NCBI GenBank assembly: GCA_005223125.1
Contig: NJBH01000001.1
Span: 180,495-244,494, forward strand
DNA: 64,000 bases
Source of the DNA: Promethearchaeota archaeon Loki_b32
Lineage (GTDB): Archaea; Asgardarchaeota; Lokiarchaeia; Sigyniarchaeales; SOKP01
Reading direction: 5' to 3'
The notes under the pieces were generated by a model. That model saw nothing but the letters and a program-made list of their open reading frames with translations, did no database searches and had not been told where the DNA came from. A program made the translations under genes and the position numbers. Of the stretch, positions 9,774 to 19,388 are shown one piece after another (the first letter of the stretch is position 1; each line of letters begins with the position of its first letter).

Positions 9774-11165
9774 CTACACCCTTGCTTGAAAGTATTTATC
9801 AATATATTTTTGATGAATTCTCATTAATTGATTAGGATTTAAATTAGAAATCACATCCCACGCTATATTAAGAGTATTCTCAAAAGTTCGATTCTCATCT
9901 TCTTTTTGATTTAAAAACCGTTGTTCAAAATCGATCCCAAATTTTAATAAATTTTTTTGTTCATAATTTAAGCCATCTTCTCCTACAATTGAAATTAAAT
10001 CCTTTACTTCAAGATAGTTAGAATATGAAGATAATAATTGTGAGCTAATATCAGCATGATCTTCTCGTGTTTTCTCTGCTCCAATTGCATCTTTCATTAA
10101 TCGTGAAATCGATGCTAAAACTTCGAAAGGAGGGTATACACCTTTCTTATGTAAATCTCGGCTAAGTACTAATTGTCCTTCAGTTATATAACCCGTAGTA
10201 TCCGGTATTGGATGAGAGATATCATCATTGGGCATTGTTAATATTGGTATTTGAGTTATCGATCCTTTCTTTCCTTTGATTTTACCAGTCCTTTCATAAA
10301 GAGATGCAAAATCAGAATATATATATCCCGGATATCCTTTTCTACTAGGAATTTCTTCTTTTGCAGTGCTTAATTCTCTCAATGCTTCAGCATAATTTGT
10401 CATATCAATTAAAATTACTAGAACATGCATATCTTTTTCAAAAGCAAAATATTCTGCTGTTGTTAATGCTATTCTTGGAATTATCAATCGTTCAATTATA
10501 GGATCGTCAGCAAAATTGATAAAAGAAATGATATTTTGTAAACTACCAGTTTCTTGAAAACGTTTTAAAAAATAAATTGCGTCATCATGAATTATTCCAA
10601 TCCCACAAAATATAATTACAAATGATTCCTCCGAAATAACTTTTGCCTGTGATGCTATTTGAGCCGCTAATTTATTGTGAGGTAATCCTTGAACACTAAA
10701 AATAGGAAGTTTTTGACCTCGTATTAAAGTAAACAAACCATCGATTACAGATATACCTGTTTGTATGATATCTACAGGATATTCTCTGGCAAATGGATTA
10801 ATAGGAACCCCATTTATATCTCTTTGAACCTCAGTTAAAATATCAGAATCTAAAGCGATTTTAGTTTTAATATCAATTGGTTTTCCTAATGAATTAAAGG
10901 TTTGCCCAAACATATCTTTAGAAATTTTTACTTGAAATGTATCTTCAGTAAATATGATTTCAGCGTTTTCTGAAGAGATTCCTGTAGTTTCTTCGAAAAC
11001 TTCAACAACAATTACTTGTTCATCCATCTTGACGACTTGTCCTGTGCGAGTTTTACCATCATTTGTTTTAATTTTTACTATCTCACCATACTGTGCATTG
11101 TGTTCATTCTTGAGAAATATTAATGGTCCAATAATTTGTTGGATTTTTTTATATATTACACTCAT
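9774..11165 (-). CDS. atpB: A/V-type ATPase subunit B
   Basis: RGQKLPIFS, GLPH, DMTNYAEALRE, PDTTGYITEGQ, SRLM (Arg finger). Confidence 0.96.
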   Translation of the reverse strand: MSVIYKKIQQIIGPLIFLKNEHNAQYGEIVKIKTNDGKTRTGQVVKMDEQVIVVEVFEETTGISSENAEIIFTEDTFQVKISKDMFGQTFNSLGKPIDIKTKIALDSDILTEVQRDINGVPINPFAREYPVDIIQTGISVIDGLFTLIRGQKLPIFSVQGLPHNKLAAQIASQAKVISEESFVIIFCGIGIIHDDAIYFLKRFQETGSLQNIISFINFADDPIIERLIIPRIALTTAEYFAFEKDMHVLVILIDMTNYAEALRELSTAKEEIPSRKGYPGYIYSDFASLYERTGKIKGKKGSITQIPILTMPNDDISHPIPDTTGYITEGQLVLSRDLHKKGVYPPFEVLASISRLMKDAIGAEKTREDHADISSQLLSSYSNYLEVKDLISIVGEDGLNYEQKNLLKFGIDFEQRFLNQKEDENRTFENTLNIAWDVISNLNPNQLMRIHQKYIDKYFQARV

Positions 11166-13006
11166 AATTTTCTGAATACTCCATATGATATTTTCATAGA
11201 TTCAATCTCATTAATTAAATTATTTTTTATTTCTTCTATTTTATTGAAATCTTCATTACGAATTGAATGGTTAATTCTTAATATCTCAATTATAGTTTTA
11301 AGTTCTTTAATATCTTCCAGTAAAAATCCTTGCTTAAGTAGTTCCTTACCTTCTTTATACAACAATAGAATAATCTTTATCATTCCTAAAAGTTTCCTAA
11401 CACCTGTATAATTATCTATGTCATCAAACGCATTTTGGATTAGAAATCCGTTTTTAATCAATTTTGCAATAAATAAAGTTAATTGCTGGCTTTCAGGTAA
11501 ATTTTCTTCACCTATTAATTGAATAATATACTTCAATTCATTATCTTGAGATAAAATGTCGTTCACTTGTTTTCGGCAATCAAACCAATCAATATCGATT
11601 TCTGTCCAGGTAATATCTCTTTCATACCACCATTCTGAAATATAATCGGGGTAATTAGAATAAGAGGTCAACCAATTTATAGCGGGATAATGTTTTGAAT
11701 AAGCTAATCCCGCATCTAAAGCCCAGAACCCTTGAACAAAACTTTTCGTGGTTGTCGTCACTGGTTCGCTAAAATCACCCGCGGGAGGAGAAATTGATCC
11801 AATAATGGTCAAAGAACCCGTTCTTTCCGTCCCAGATTCTGAATTACCAAACAACTTGACTATTCCAGCTCGTTCATAAAAACTTGAGAGTTTAGATGGT
11901 AAATATGCAGGATACCCCTCTTCAGCAGGCATTTCTTCTAACAACCCGGAGATTTCTCTAAGAGATTCTGCCCATCTTGAGGTGCTATCTGCGAAAACAG
12001 CAACATCATATCCCATATCTCGATAGTATTCAGCAATAGTCACACCAGAAAAAATACTGGCCTCTCTTGCTGAAACTGGCATGTTTGAAGTGTTTGCAAT
12101 TAAAATGATGCGATCTAATAAAGGATTACCAGATTTTGGATCGATTAATTCAGAGAATTGTTTTAAAACATCTGCAATCTCGTTTCCTCTTTCTCCACAA
12201 CCAACATATACGCAAACATCAGCATCACACCATTTAGCTAAGGATTGTTGTATAACTGTTTTACCAGTTCCAAAACCTCCGGGAACTCCAACTGTACCCC
12301 CCTTTGTAATGGGAAATAATAAATCAATAACACGTATCCCTGTAATTAAAGGTATATTGGAGATTGTTCTCTCCTTAAAAGGACGGGTTATAGTTATTGG
12401 CCATTTTTGTAACATAGAAAAAGATTTTTCTTTATTATTCTTTTTTAGCTTATATATCTCATCAATAATAGTATATTCGCCTTCGTCTGAGAGGAAAGAC
12501 AATTTTCCTGAATTATTTGGAGGAACTAATATTTTATGTTCTATCATTGGAGTTTCTTGGACTACACCAATTAAATCTCCTTCATTTACATTATTTTCAT
12601 TTTTATTTTTAGGAGTAAAGTGCCACTTCTTTGAACGTGATAAGGGAGGCAATTCTAATCCTCTTTGTAGTCCTCCATCTTTAAAAAGACCGAAAGCTTT
12701 TTGTAAAGGTCTTTGGATACCGTCAAAAACATTTCCCAATAATCCTGGTGCTAATTCCATCGAAAGGGGTTCATTTAAATTAACAACCTTTTCATTAATC
12801 CGTAAATTAGAAGTGCTTTCAAAACACTGAGCAACAATATAATCAGAATAAATTTGAATTACTTCTCCTAAAATATTATGTTTCGTAATTTTAATAAGGT
12901 CATGAAGACGAATCTGAGCTTCCAAACCTTTAATCTTAATTAATGATCCTGTGATTGCTGAAATATAACCTAATATAGAATTGGTTTCAGAATTGGATTT
13001 GTTCAT
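11162..13006 (-). CDS. atpA: A/V-type ATPase catalytic subunit A
   Basis: [24 protein letters not shown] and [10 protein letters not shown] intact. Confidence 0.96.
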   Translation of the reverse strand: MNKSNSETNSILGYISAITGSLIKIKGLEAQIRLHDLIKITKHNILGEVIQIYSDYIVAQCFESTSNLRINEKVVNLNEPLSMELAPGLLGNVFDGIQRPLQKAFGLFKDGGLQRGLELPPLSRSKKWHFTPKNKNENNVNEGDLIGVVQETPMIEHKILVPPNNSGKLSFLSDEGEYTIIDEIYKLKKNNKEKSFSMLQKWPITITRPFKERTISNIPLITGIRVIDLLFPITKGGTVGVPGGFGTGKTVIQQSLAKWCDADVCVYVGCGERGNEIADVLKQFSELIDPKSGNPLLDRIILIANTSNMPVSAREASIFSGVTIAEYYRDMGYDVAVFADSTSRWAESLREISGLLEEMPAEEGYPAYLPSKLSSFYERAGIVKLFGNSESGTERTGSLTIIGSISPPAGDFSEPVTTTTKSFVQGFWALDAGLAYSKHYPAINWLTSYSNYPDYISEWWYERDITWTEIDIDWFDCRKQVNDILSQDNELKYIIQLIGEENLPESQQLTLFIAKLIKNGFLIQNAFDDIDNYTGVRKLLGMIKIILLLYKEGKELLKQGFLLEDIKELKTIIEILRINHSIRNEDFNKIEEIKNNLINEIESMKISYGVFRKL

Positions 13007-13715
13007 AATACCTTAAATACTCTGAGATTTTTTCTTTTTGTTTTTGTATAAAATTCTCGAATTCATTTTCAATTCCTTTAATTTCTGCATCATTTATAAT
13101 TTTTGAAATTTCCATTTGAATAAATGATGATTTCTTATCTATTAAATTATCAATTGTATAATCATAAGAGATAAACCCTCCTGTAAGTGATATTTTGAAA
13201 CCACCTATAAAATCATGTTGATCTTTATTAATTTCTACTGGATTCTTAAATAAATCAACAATTATATCAAAATTTTTAATGAAGTAATTGTAATCCTTAC
13301 TGTTAAATTTTAATTCTATTTCTTGAGGCTTATCTATGGCAAATTTGGCATTTTGTATAGATTTCAATAAATATGCAATATAATCAGAGTAATTGTTTTC
13401 AATTCTTTCTTTAATAAGAATATATAAATTTAACTTTAATTCTTTAATCAGTCTATTCTTTAAACTTAATAGAGTTTCTTTGCCCTTTAATAGGGTTGAT
13501 GATAAGGATTGGTTTAAGAATTGTTCATAACTTTCTATAAGATGGCTTTTTAGTTTTATTGATCTCTCGCGCGATCTTTCTAAATATCTCTTTTTTATTT
13601 CCGCTTTATGAAATAATGTTTTTTGATTCAATTCTTTAATTTCTTTCTGTGCTTTCTCTATTAAATAAAGGCCTAAGTTTCCAAATTGTTTCCTTAATTC
13701 TTTTTCTTCTGAAAT
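12987..13715 (-). CDS. atpE: A/V-type ATPase subunit E; probable start ATT 13715, ORF track starts at 13631
   Basis: C-terminal IGGFKI...YDYTI motif; lies between F and A; open in-frame helical extension SEEKELRKQFGNLG... Confidence 0.8.
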   Translation of the reverse strand: MSEEKELRKQFGNLGLYLIEKAQKEIKELNQKTLFHKAEIKKRYLERSRERSIKLKSHLIESYEQFLNQSLSSTLLKGKETLLSLKNRLIKELKLNLYILIKERIENNYSDYIAYLLKSIQNAKFAIDKPQEIELKFNSKDYNYFIKNFDIIVDLFKNPVEINKDQHDFIGGFKISLTGGFISYDYTIDNLIDKKSSFIQMEISKIINDAEIKGIENEFENFIQKQKEKISEYLRYYEQIQF

Positions 13716-13726
13716 TTTAAATCATC

Positions 13727-14053
13727 TCATTTTATTAAAACAACATCACCTATAGCGTCAACAATTCTATCTAAAATAATACCTTCTTTCTCAATATTAA
13801 AATGGAAAATATCTGGTAAAATAAATATAAATGGATTTCTATTAGTTTGCTTGAAATCCAATAAATACTCAATAATTTCATTTGATAAAGGTAAAGCTAT
13901 AATCAACATGCCGATTGAATCTCTATTTGTTAATTCTGTGAATTTTTTTAAAAAGTCTTCTTCATTTTCAACAACACTACCATCTAAACCTAAAAGTCCT
14001 AACATTGATACAATTTCTTCTTCACCTAAGATATAAATATTTTGCTCAACCAT
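13727..14053 (-). CDS. atpF: A/V-type ATPase subunit F
   Basis: IYILGEEE...LLGLDG, IGMLII, PFIFILPD, AIG; size and operon position. Confidence 0.82.
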   Translation of the reverse strand: MVEQNIYILGEEEIVSMLGLLGLDGSVVENEEDFLKKFTELTNRDSIGMLIIALPLSNEIIEYLLDFKQTNRNPFIFILPDIFHFNIEKEGIILDRIVDAIGDVVLIK

Positions 14054-14364
14054 TAGAAATCAAGTCCAACTTCTTCAATAATTAATTTTTGTAAATTTTC
14101 CAAATTTTTTTTAAATTCAGTTTCAATATTTTGAATTGCCTTATCTAATTTTTTCTCAAAAGTATTGGTTTTAATATCACTTTCTACTGTAATATTTCCT
14201 ATAGCTGTATTTACAAGAACATTTATTTTTATAATGAAATCCTCAAATTTTTCATTTTGTTCTTTTCTATATTCTTCAATTTCGTTTAAATTAAGTTTTT
14301 TGGCATTACCGATTAAATCTTCATAAACTTTTTCAATATCCTTTACCCATTCGAACAGATCCAT
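14053..14364 (-). CDS. atpH: A/V-type ATPase subunit H/G (peripheral stalk)
   Basis: 103-aa charged helical protein within the operon. Confidence 0.6.
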   Translation of the reverse strand: MDLFEWVKDIEKVYEDLIGNAKKLNLNEIEEYRKEQNEKFEDFIIKINVLVNTAIGNITVESDIKTNTFEKKLDKAIQNIETEFKKNLENLQKLIIEEVGLDF

Positions 14365-14408
14365 CCTTCAATCAACGAACTTATTCTTTTTCATTATCTA
14401 TAATTCTT

Positions 14409-15470
14409 TTATTTTAATAATTTATATTTCTCGTGAATAATATTAACTACTTTTGGTAACACAAATAAACGAATTTCATTATCTTTTTTAATTAAAACTT
14501 CAATAATCTTAAAAATTGCTTGATAGTCAATATCATCAATCTTAATCTTAAATGTTTTAAAAAAAATATCCAAGTATAAGGTCTCAAGAGACCAAATTAA
14601 ATGGGTCTCATCAAGTTTAAAGGTTTTTAGTTTTTTTTTAATTTCTTTTTTTTCATTTAAATATTGATTTAGCTTTAACATATAAGATTCTACATCTGGT
14701 TGATTCAATAAAGTTAACAATTTATTTTTATCTAGAAATAAATAAGTGTCAACTAGAAATTGTGATAATAATTTTCTCTCAATATTGTTTTTAATTCCCC
14801 TGTATATTACATTTAAATTGTATATTTCTGAGATATTCTTCAGATACAATGATATCATAAATCTCTCTTTATGACCTAAAACTCTCATCTCATTTTTCAA
14901 ATTTTCATAATATATCTGATCCAAAAATGCTTCGAGAACAAAAATTTCGTTAGTATTTTTAAAGTATAGAATTCCCTCTCTTATTGCTATGTTATATTTT
15001 GTTTGTTTCATTAATAATTGAATCTTATCTAGGGATGATAATTCAATCAATTCATTCATAAATTCAGTGTTACCTAGATATTTTTCTACTAATTTATTAA
15101 CCATTAACGATTTTTCAGCAATGCTCATTCCTAAAATAGTGCCGAGAACAACGCGCTTTATATTCATTATTTCGTATTTTATTAGATAGTTTTTTAAAAA
15201 GATTCTCATAGTCCTCGGTGAAATTAAAATAATCTTTCCGATTAACTTAATATAAGTATGAAATAATTCTCTTTCAATTTCTTCAATTGTATAAGAACTA
15301 AGATTAAGACCAGGATAATAAATGCTAATAAACTCAATTAATTGCTTAATTTCATTTATTTCTTCTAATTTATTTAGCGTGATCTCATCCATCACTAATT
15401 GCTTCAAAAAGCCAATTCTTATGAAAGTGTACGCGTAACTTGGCACAGTGACACTCGTGGTATTCACCAA
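14409..15470 (-). CDS. atpC: A/V-type ATPase subunit C (d)
   Basis: YAYTFIRI, YEIMNIK, LEAFLDQIYY, NLNVIYRG; size and position. Confidence 0.85.
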   Translation of the reverse strand: MVNTTSVTVPSYAYTFIRIGFLKQLVMDEITLNKLEEINEIKQLIEFISIYYPGLNLSSYTIEEIERELFHTYIKLIGKIILISPRTMRIFLKNYLIKYEIMNIKRVVLGTILGMSIAEKSLMVNKLVEKYLGNTEFMNELIELSSLDKIQLLMKQTKYNIAIREGILYFKNTNEIFVLEAFLDQIYYENLKNEMRVLGHKERFMISLYLKNISEIYNLNVIYRGIKNNIERKLLSQFLVDTYLFLDKNKLLTLLNQPDVESYMLKLNQYLNEKKEIKKKLKTFKLDETHLIWSLETLYLDIFFKTFKIKIDDIDYQAIFKIIEVLIKKDNEIRLFVLPKVVNIIHEKYKLLK

Positions 15471-15514
15471 TAAATTAAATTTATTTTAGTATGATTTATC
15501 GAAATGATTATTAC

Positions 15515-15886
15515 TTAATTAGTAAGAGGTGTCGGTATTTTTGTCCAAAGTAAGATTGCTACTATCAATCCGTAAACTGCTAATGCTTCACAAAGAGCAA
15601 CAACGAGAAAAGCTTTAAAGAACGCTTCTTCTCGTTCTGAAAGTGCTGAGATCGCAGCTGTTCCAACAGTTTTCATAGCCCAAGCACTCCCTAATACTGC
15701 AGCACTTACTGAAATTGCAACTGATAATCCTAATACCATAGTAGTCGCAGAATCATAATAATCAAAAGCATCAGGAACTTGAGCCGCTACGAAAGATATA
15801 ATTCCATTTGAAGTAAAAATTACTAAGAAAATCAAAATAAATTGGAAGATACTAAGTAATAAATAAAATTTATGTTTACCGTTCAT
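15515..15886 (-). CDS. atpK: A/V-type ATPase proteolipid subunit K (c), single hairpin with N-terminal signal-like segment
   Basis: GSAWAM...GTAAISALSE...ALCEALAVYGLIVAILL with the carrier Glu. Confidence 0.93.
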   Translation of the reverse strand: MNGKHKFYLLLSIFQFILIFLVIFTSNGIISFVAAQVPDAFDYYDSATTMVLGLSVAISVSAAVLGSAWAMKTVGTAAISALSEREEAFFKAFLVVALCEALAVYGLIVAILLWTKIPTPLTN

Positions 15887-16084
15887 AACTTTTACATCTC
15901 AGTTTTTATTTATAAAAATAATTATTTTAATTGAAAGGAATATAGTTTTGCGTATAAATTTTCTTATTATAAACAAAAAGGTAATATTCTTTATTATTTT
16001 ACGAACGCATAATTTAAGAAAAAGACACTGAATTATATTTCATTAAATAATGAATATTATATTGTATTTTTAATAAAAACAGTC

Positions 16085-16720
16085 TTATTGATAAAGTAAA
16101 ACCCGTATTATGTCTGCAATATCATGAATTCGATCAGCTAATTGTTCTAATAATACAATACTATCTCGTAAACGCAAGAGTACTCTAATATTCAAATTCT
16201 CATTGGAATATATATACTCAAGAAATTGCCGATATATTGTATCAATTTCATTTTCAATCTCATGAATCGCTGTGGTATTTTTAAACACTACATCTGGTTT
16301 ATCTCTTAGACTTTTAATCGTTGACTTCAAAACAGTAGCCATATTAATTGTTTTATTAATTAGTTTTTCATATCTCTTACCGATCTCCTTATTACTTTTA
16401 CCATCCAATTTAATCTTAGGCAACATATCCACGAATTCTAAAGGATAGTTTATAACATTATCCATTTTTAAAATTAACGCTATAAAATCGCCTAAATCAG
16501 CTCCAGCTTCAGAATATTTCTGAATTAACTCAATTTTAATAACATCTGCATCCTCTTCAGATAATTGCATTTTGCTTTTCTTCTTGTCTAGAGAAGCTTT
16601 ATTCTTCTCATAATCTTCAGCCCATCCGCTGTAAAAAACACCCATATCACTAAGAACAGAATAAATAATTCTAGAGTGTTCAATAAGCATTGAAATGATT
16701 TCGTCTCGAATTTTATTCAT
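16085..16720 (-). CDS. DUF47 / PhoU-like helical protein
   Basis: EEDAD, IENEID and EQLADRIHDIAD acidic repeats. Confidence 0.8.
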   Translation of the reverse strand: MNKIRDEIISMLIEHSRIIYSVLSDMGVFYSGWAEDYEKNKASLDKKKSKMQLSEEDADVIKIELIQKYSEAGADLGDFIALILKMDNVINYPLEFVDMLPKIKLDGKSNKEIGKRYEKLINKTINMATVLKSTIKSLRDKPDVVFKNTTAIHEIENEIDTIYRQFLEYIYSNENLNIRVLLRLRDSIVLLEQLADRIHDIADIIRVLLYQ

Positions 16721-16931
16721 GAAAATTCCATTTAAATATTTAATTAACTCCTATAAATATAAAAAATTAGATCAATAAAAAAATATTGGATTTAGAGAAA
16801 TTTTAATATATTCTTAATTTAATTTATAAGTAAATTCTAAATGAATTGAAAAGATCTTTTCAAAATAATAATATTATTGAGAATTGAATAATTTAGGTTT
16901 ACAAATAATAGAAAGGTGAAGAGAAGACTTA

Positions 16932-17576
16932 ATGAAATTAAATAAAACTATTCAGCAATGGAAGCAATATTCAAAAATGTCTGATTTGGGAGAAATTGCT
17001 CGACGTAAATTTTTTAATAATTGTTTTGATGGCGCTTTGACATGTTCAGGTATTGTTAGTGGAATATTTATTATTTTTCTCTCGGGTTCTTCTATTTTTA
17101 TCCCAAGAAATGTTATTATAACAGGTTTTGCCACAGCTCTTGCAATTGGGATTTCTGGTTTATGGGGCGCATTTCTTTCTGAAGAAGCTGAAAGAAAGAA
17201 AAAAATGTTGGATATGAAAAAAGAGATGGCAATTATAGAAGAAGAAGGGGATGAAAAAACGGGTAAACCTAAAAAGAATAATATACAAGATAAACCATTA
17301 CTGGAGAGGGCTGAAAATTTTGCTACCATTATTGCTTCATTGGTAGATGGAGGTGCTCCAGTACTAGGAAGCTCACTTCCATTGATTCCATTTTTCTTTG
17401 GATCTTCTTTAACAATAGTTCATTTTATCTCCTCATACGTTATTCTTATCGGTTTACTTATATATTTAGGGATCTTTTTAGGAAAAATTTCAGGAGGCGG
17501 CCGTATTAGATATGCACTTCATTTAGTGACCGCTGGTGGTGTTACCTTATTAGTCTCTTTAGCACTTGGAATTTAA
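16932..17576 (+). CDS. VIT1/CCC1-family (TIGR00267-like) transporter
   Basis: ARR...FDGALT, SG..GAFLSEEAE, PLIPF. Confidence 0.8.
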   Translation: MKLNKTIQQWKQYSKMSDLGEIARRKFFNNCFDGALTCSGIVSGIFIIFLSGSSIFIPRNVIITGFATALAIGISGLWGAFLSEEAERKKKMLDMKKEMAIIEEEGDEKTGKPKKNNIQDKPLLERAENFATIIASLVDGGAPVLGSSLPLIPFFFGSSLTIVHFISSYVILIGLLIYLGIFLGKISGGGRIRYALHLVTAGGVTLLVSLALGI

Positions 17577-17700
17577 AATTTTGAGGAAAAACGATTTTTA
17601 ACAAAAAGGCAAGGACGTGAAAGAATAGACAAAAATAAATTAGATTGAGAAGAATACAAGTATTCGTTCTTCTTAATAAAAGATTAATCTGCTAATTAAA

Positions 17701-18411
17701 ATGTTTGAAAGAGCTAAAACATACGCAAAAATTACAAATTTATGGGGAATTGCTCGGCGTTATTTTGTAAATAACTTCTATGATGGTATGCTAACAGTTC
17801 TAGGAATCCTGCTAGGATTCTTGGTTTTAATTCTTAAGGAAGATCAAACTTCAATTGATAGTCATCTTGTGATTTTAACAGGGGTAGGGAGTTCGATATC
17901 AATGTTTATATCAGGATTAACTGGATCATATCTTTCAGAAAAGGCTGAACAAAAAAAAATGAAAGAGGAATTGGATCGAGCAATGGTAATAATTAAAAGT
18001 GAGGTGGAAGAAACACTAGAGAATTCTGCTGATATTAAGGAGATAGAAAAAGCTATGTTGATCAAAATAAATCATAATGTAAATTTAAAAGCTAAAAGAA
18101 GAATAGGGAAAAAAAAAAAAAAAATTAAAACTCTTCAAGAAAAAGCTGAGATTTTTGCAAGTATTATTGTCTCACTTATTAATGGCGGTTCTCCATTTTT
18201 AGGGGGTTTAGTACCTCTAATTCCCTTTTTTCTTGTATCGACCGCTAATTTATCAATTTTTCTGATATCTTTTTTAATAATTCTTATTTGTATAATATTA
18301 CTTGGAATCTTTTTAGGGGTAATTTCAAAGGAATCTATTCTTAAAAATGTGATTCAGATGACATTTGCATTTTTTATAACCATACTTATCTCAGTATTTT
18401 TGTTAAGATAA
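17701..18411 (+). CDS. VIT1/CCC1-family (TIGR00267-like) transporter, second paralog
   Basis: ARRYF...YDGMLT, SMFISG..GSYLSEKAE, PLIPF. Confidence 0.8.
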   Translation: MFERAKTYAKITNLWGIARRYFVNNFYDGMLTVLGILLGFLVLILKEDQTSIDSHLVILTGVGSSISMFISGLTGSYLSEKAEQKKMKEELDRAMVIIKSEVEETLENSADIKEIEKAMLIKINHNVNLKAKRRIGKKKKKIKTLQEKAEIFASIIVSLINGGSPFLGGLVPLIPFFLVSTANLSIFLISFLIILICIILLGIFLGVISKESILKNVIQMTFAFFITILISVFLLR

Positions 18412-18487
18412 AGTATATCATAAATTTTAATTTCAGAGTTTCATTTTTCAAATTATTAAGTTTATATACTATAGGATGGATTGAAAA

Positions 18488-19279
18488 TTGAAGATATGTG
18501 GAGTGGACATTGGTAGTCTTGAGACAAAAGTAGTGTTACTCGACGATAATAATATTATTGATTATCGTGTAGGCCGATCAACTTATGATTTCAAACGTGT
18601 TGGAAATAATTTATTTAATGATCTATTAGAACACCATAATTTGAAGAAAAGTGATGTTTATATTATGAGTACAGGTTATGGGCGCAATACAATCGATATA
18701 GCAGATGATAGAATAACAGAGATTACTGCACATGCGAGAGGAGCGCAATTTTTCTTTCCTGATGTGAATTCTGTTATAGACATTGGAGGTCAAGATAGTA
18801 AAGCGATTGTAATTTCTAAAAAAACTGGTAATGTAATCGACTTCCAGATGAACGATAAGTGCGCTGCTGGAACAGGTCGTTTTATTGAGGTGATGTCAGG
18901 TGCTCTAGAGGTTCCCATCCAAGATATTGGAGATTTAGCACTTAAATCTAATAATCCTGCATCAATTAGTTCAACATGTACTGTATTTGCTGAATCTGAA
19001 GTAATCTCTCTTTTTGCAAAGGGAACAAAAAAAGAAGATATTGCTGCGGGAATTCATAAATCAATAGCAAGAAGGGTTGCGGGAATGGCTAAACGTATAG
19101 GAGTAGCACCTCTTTTAGTTTTTTGTGGTGGTGTTGCAAAAAATATTGCAGTAAAAGAATTTTTAGAACAAGAATTAGGATTTGAGATTGTTATTCCCGT
19201 AGATAACGGAAAGAGTATTGCCCAACTTACTGGAGCGATAGGAGCGGCTCTAATTGCACAAGACCAAAATAACGGTTAA
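18488..19279 (+). CDS. 2-hydroxyacyl-CoA dehydratase activator (HgdC/BadF-type ASKHA ATPase with [4Fe-4S])
   Basis: GVDIGS, TGYGR, IDIGGQDSK, MNDKCAAGTG, STCTVFAESE, GGVAKN. Confidence 0.93.
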   Translation: MKICGVDIGSLETKVVLLDDNNIIDYRVGRSTYDFKRVGNNLFNDLLEHHNLKKSDVYIMSTGYGRNTIDIADDRITEITAHARGAQFFFPDVNSVIDIGGQDSKAIVISKKTGNVIDFQMNDKCAAGTGRFIEVMSGALEVPIQDIGDLALKSNNPASISSTCTVFAESEVISLFAKGTKKEDIAAGIHKSIARRVAGMAKRIGVAPLLVFCGGVAKNIAVKEFLEQELGFEIVIPVDNGKSIAQLTGAIGAALIAQDQNNG

Positions 19280-19388
19280 CTCTTTTTTAAAAATATTTTT
19301 AAGTTTTAAATTTTGTTTGATTATGATAAATTTTATGAAGAATTAACTATTTTTTGACTAATAATTCAAATTTTTTAATATCATTAAA

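Noticed and set aside
7052-12830. Long plus-strand ORFs (7379..7909, 7928..8467, 12081..12830 and others)
   Set aside because: Antisense shadows of atpI, atpB and atpA with no motifs; the same applies to other short overlapping ORFs across the window.
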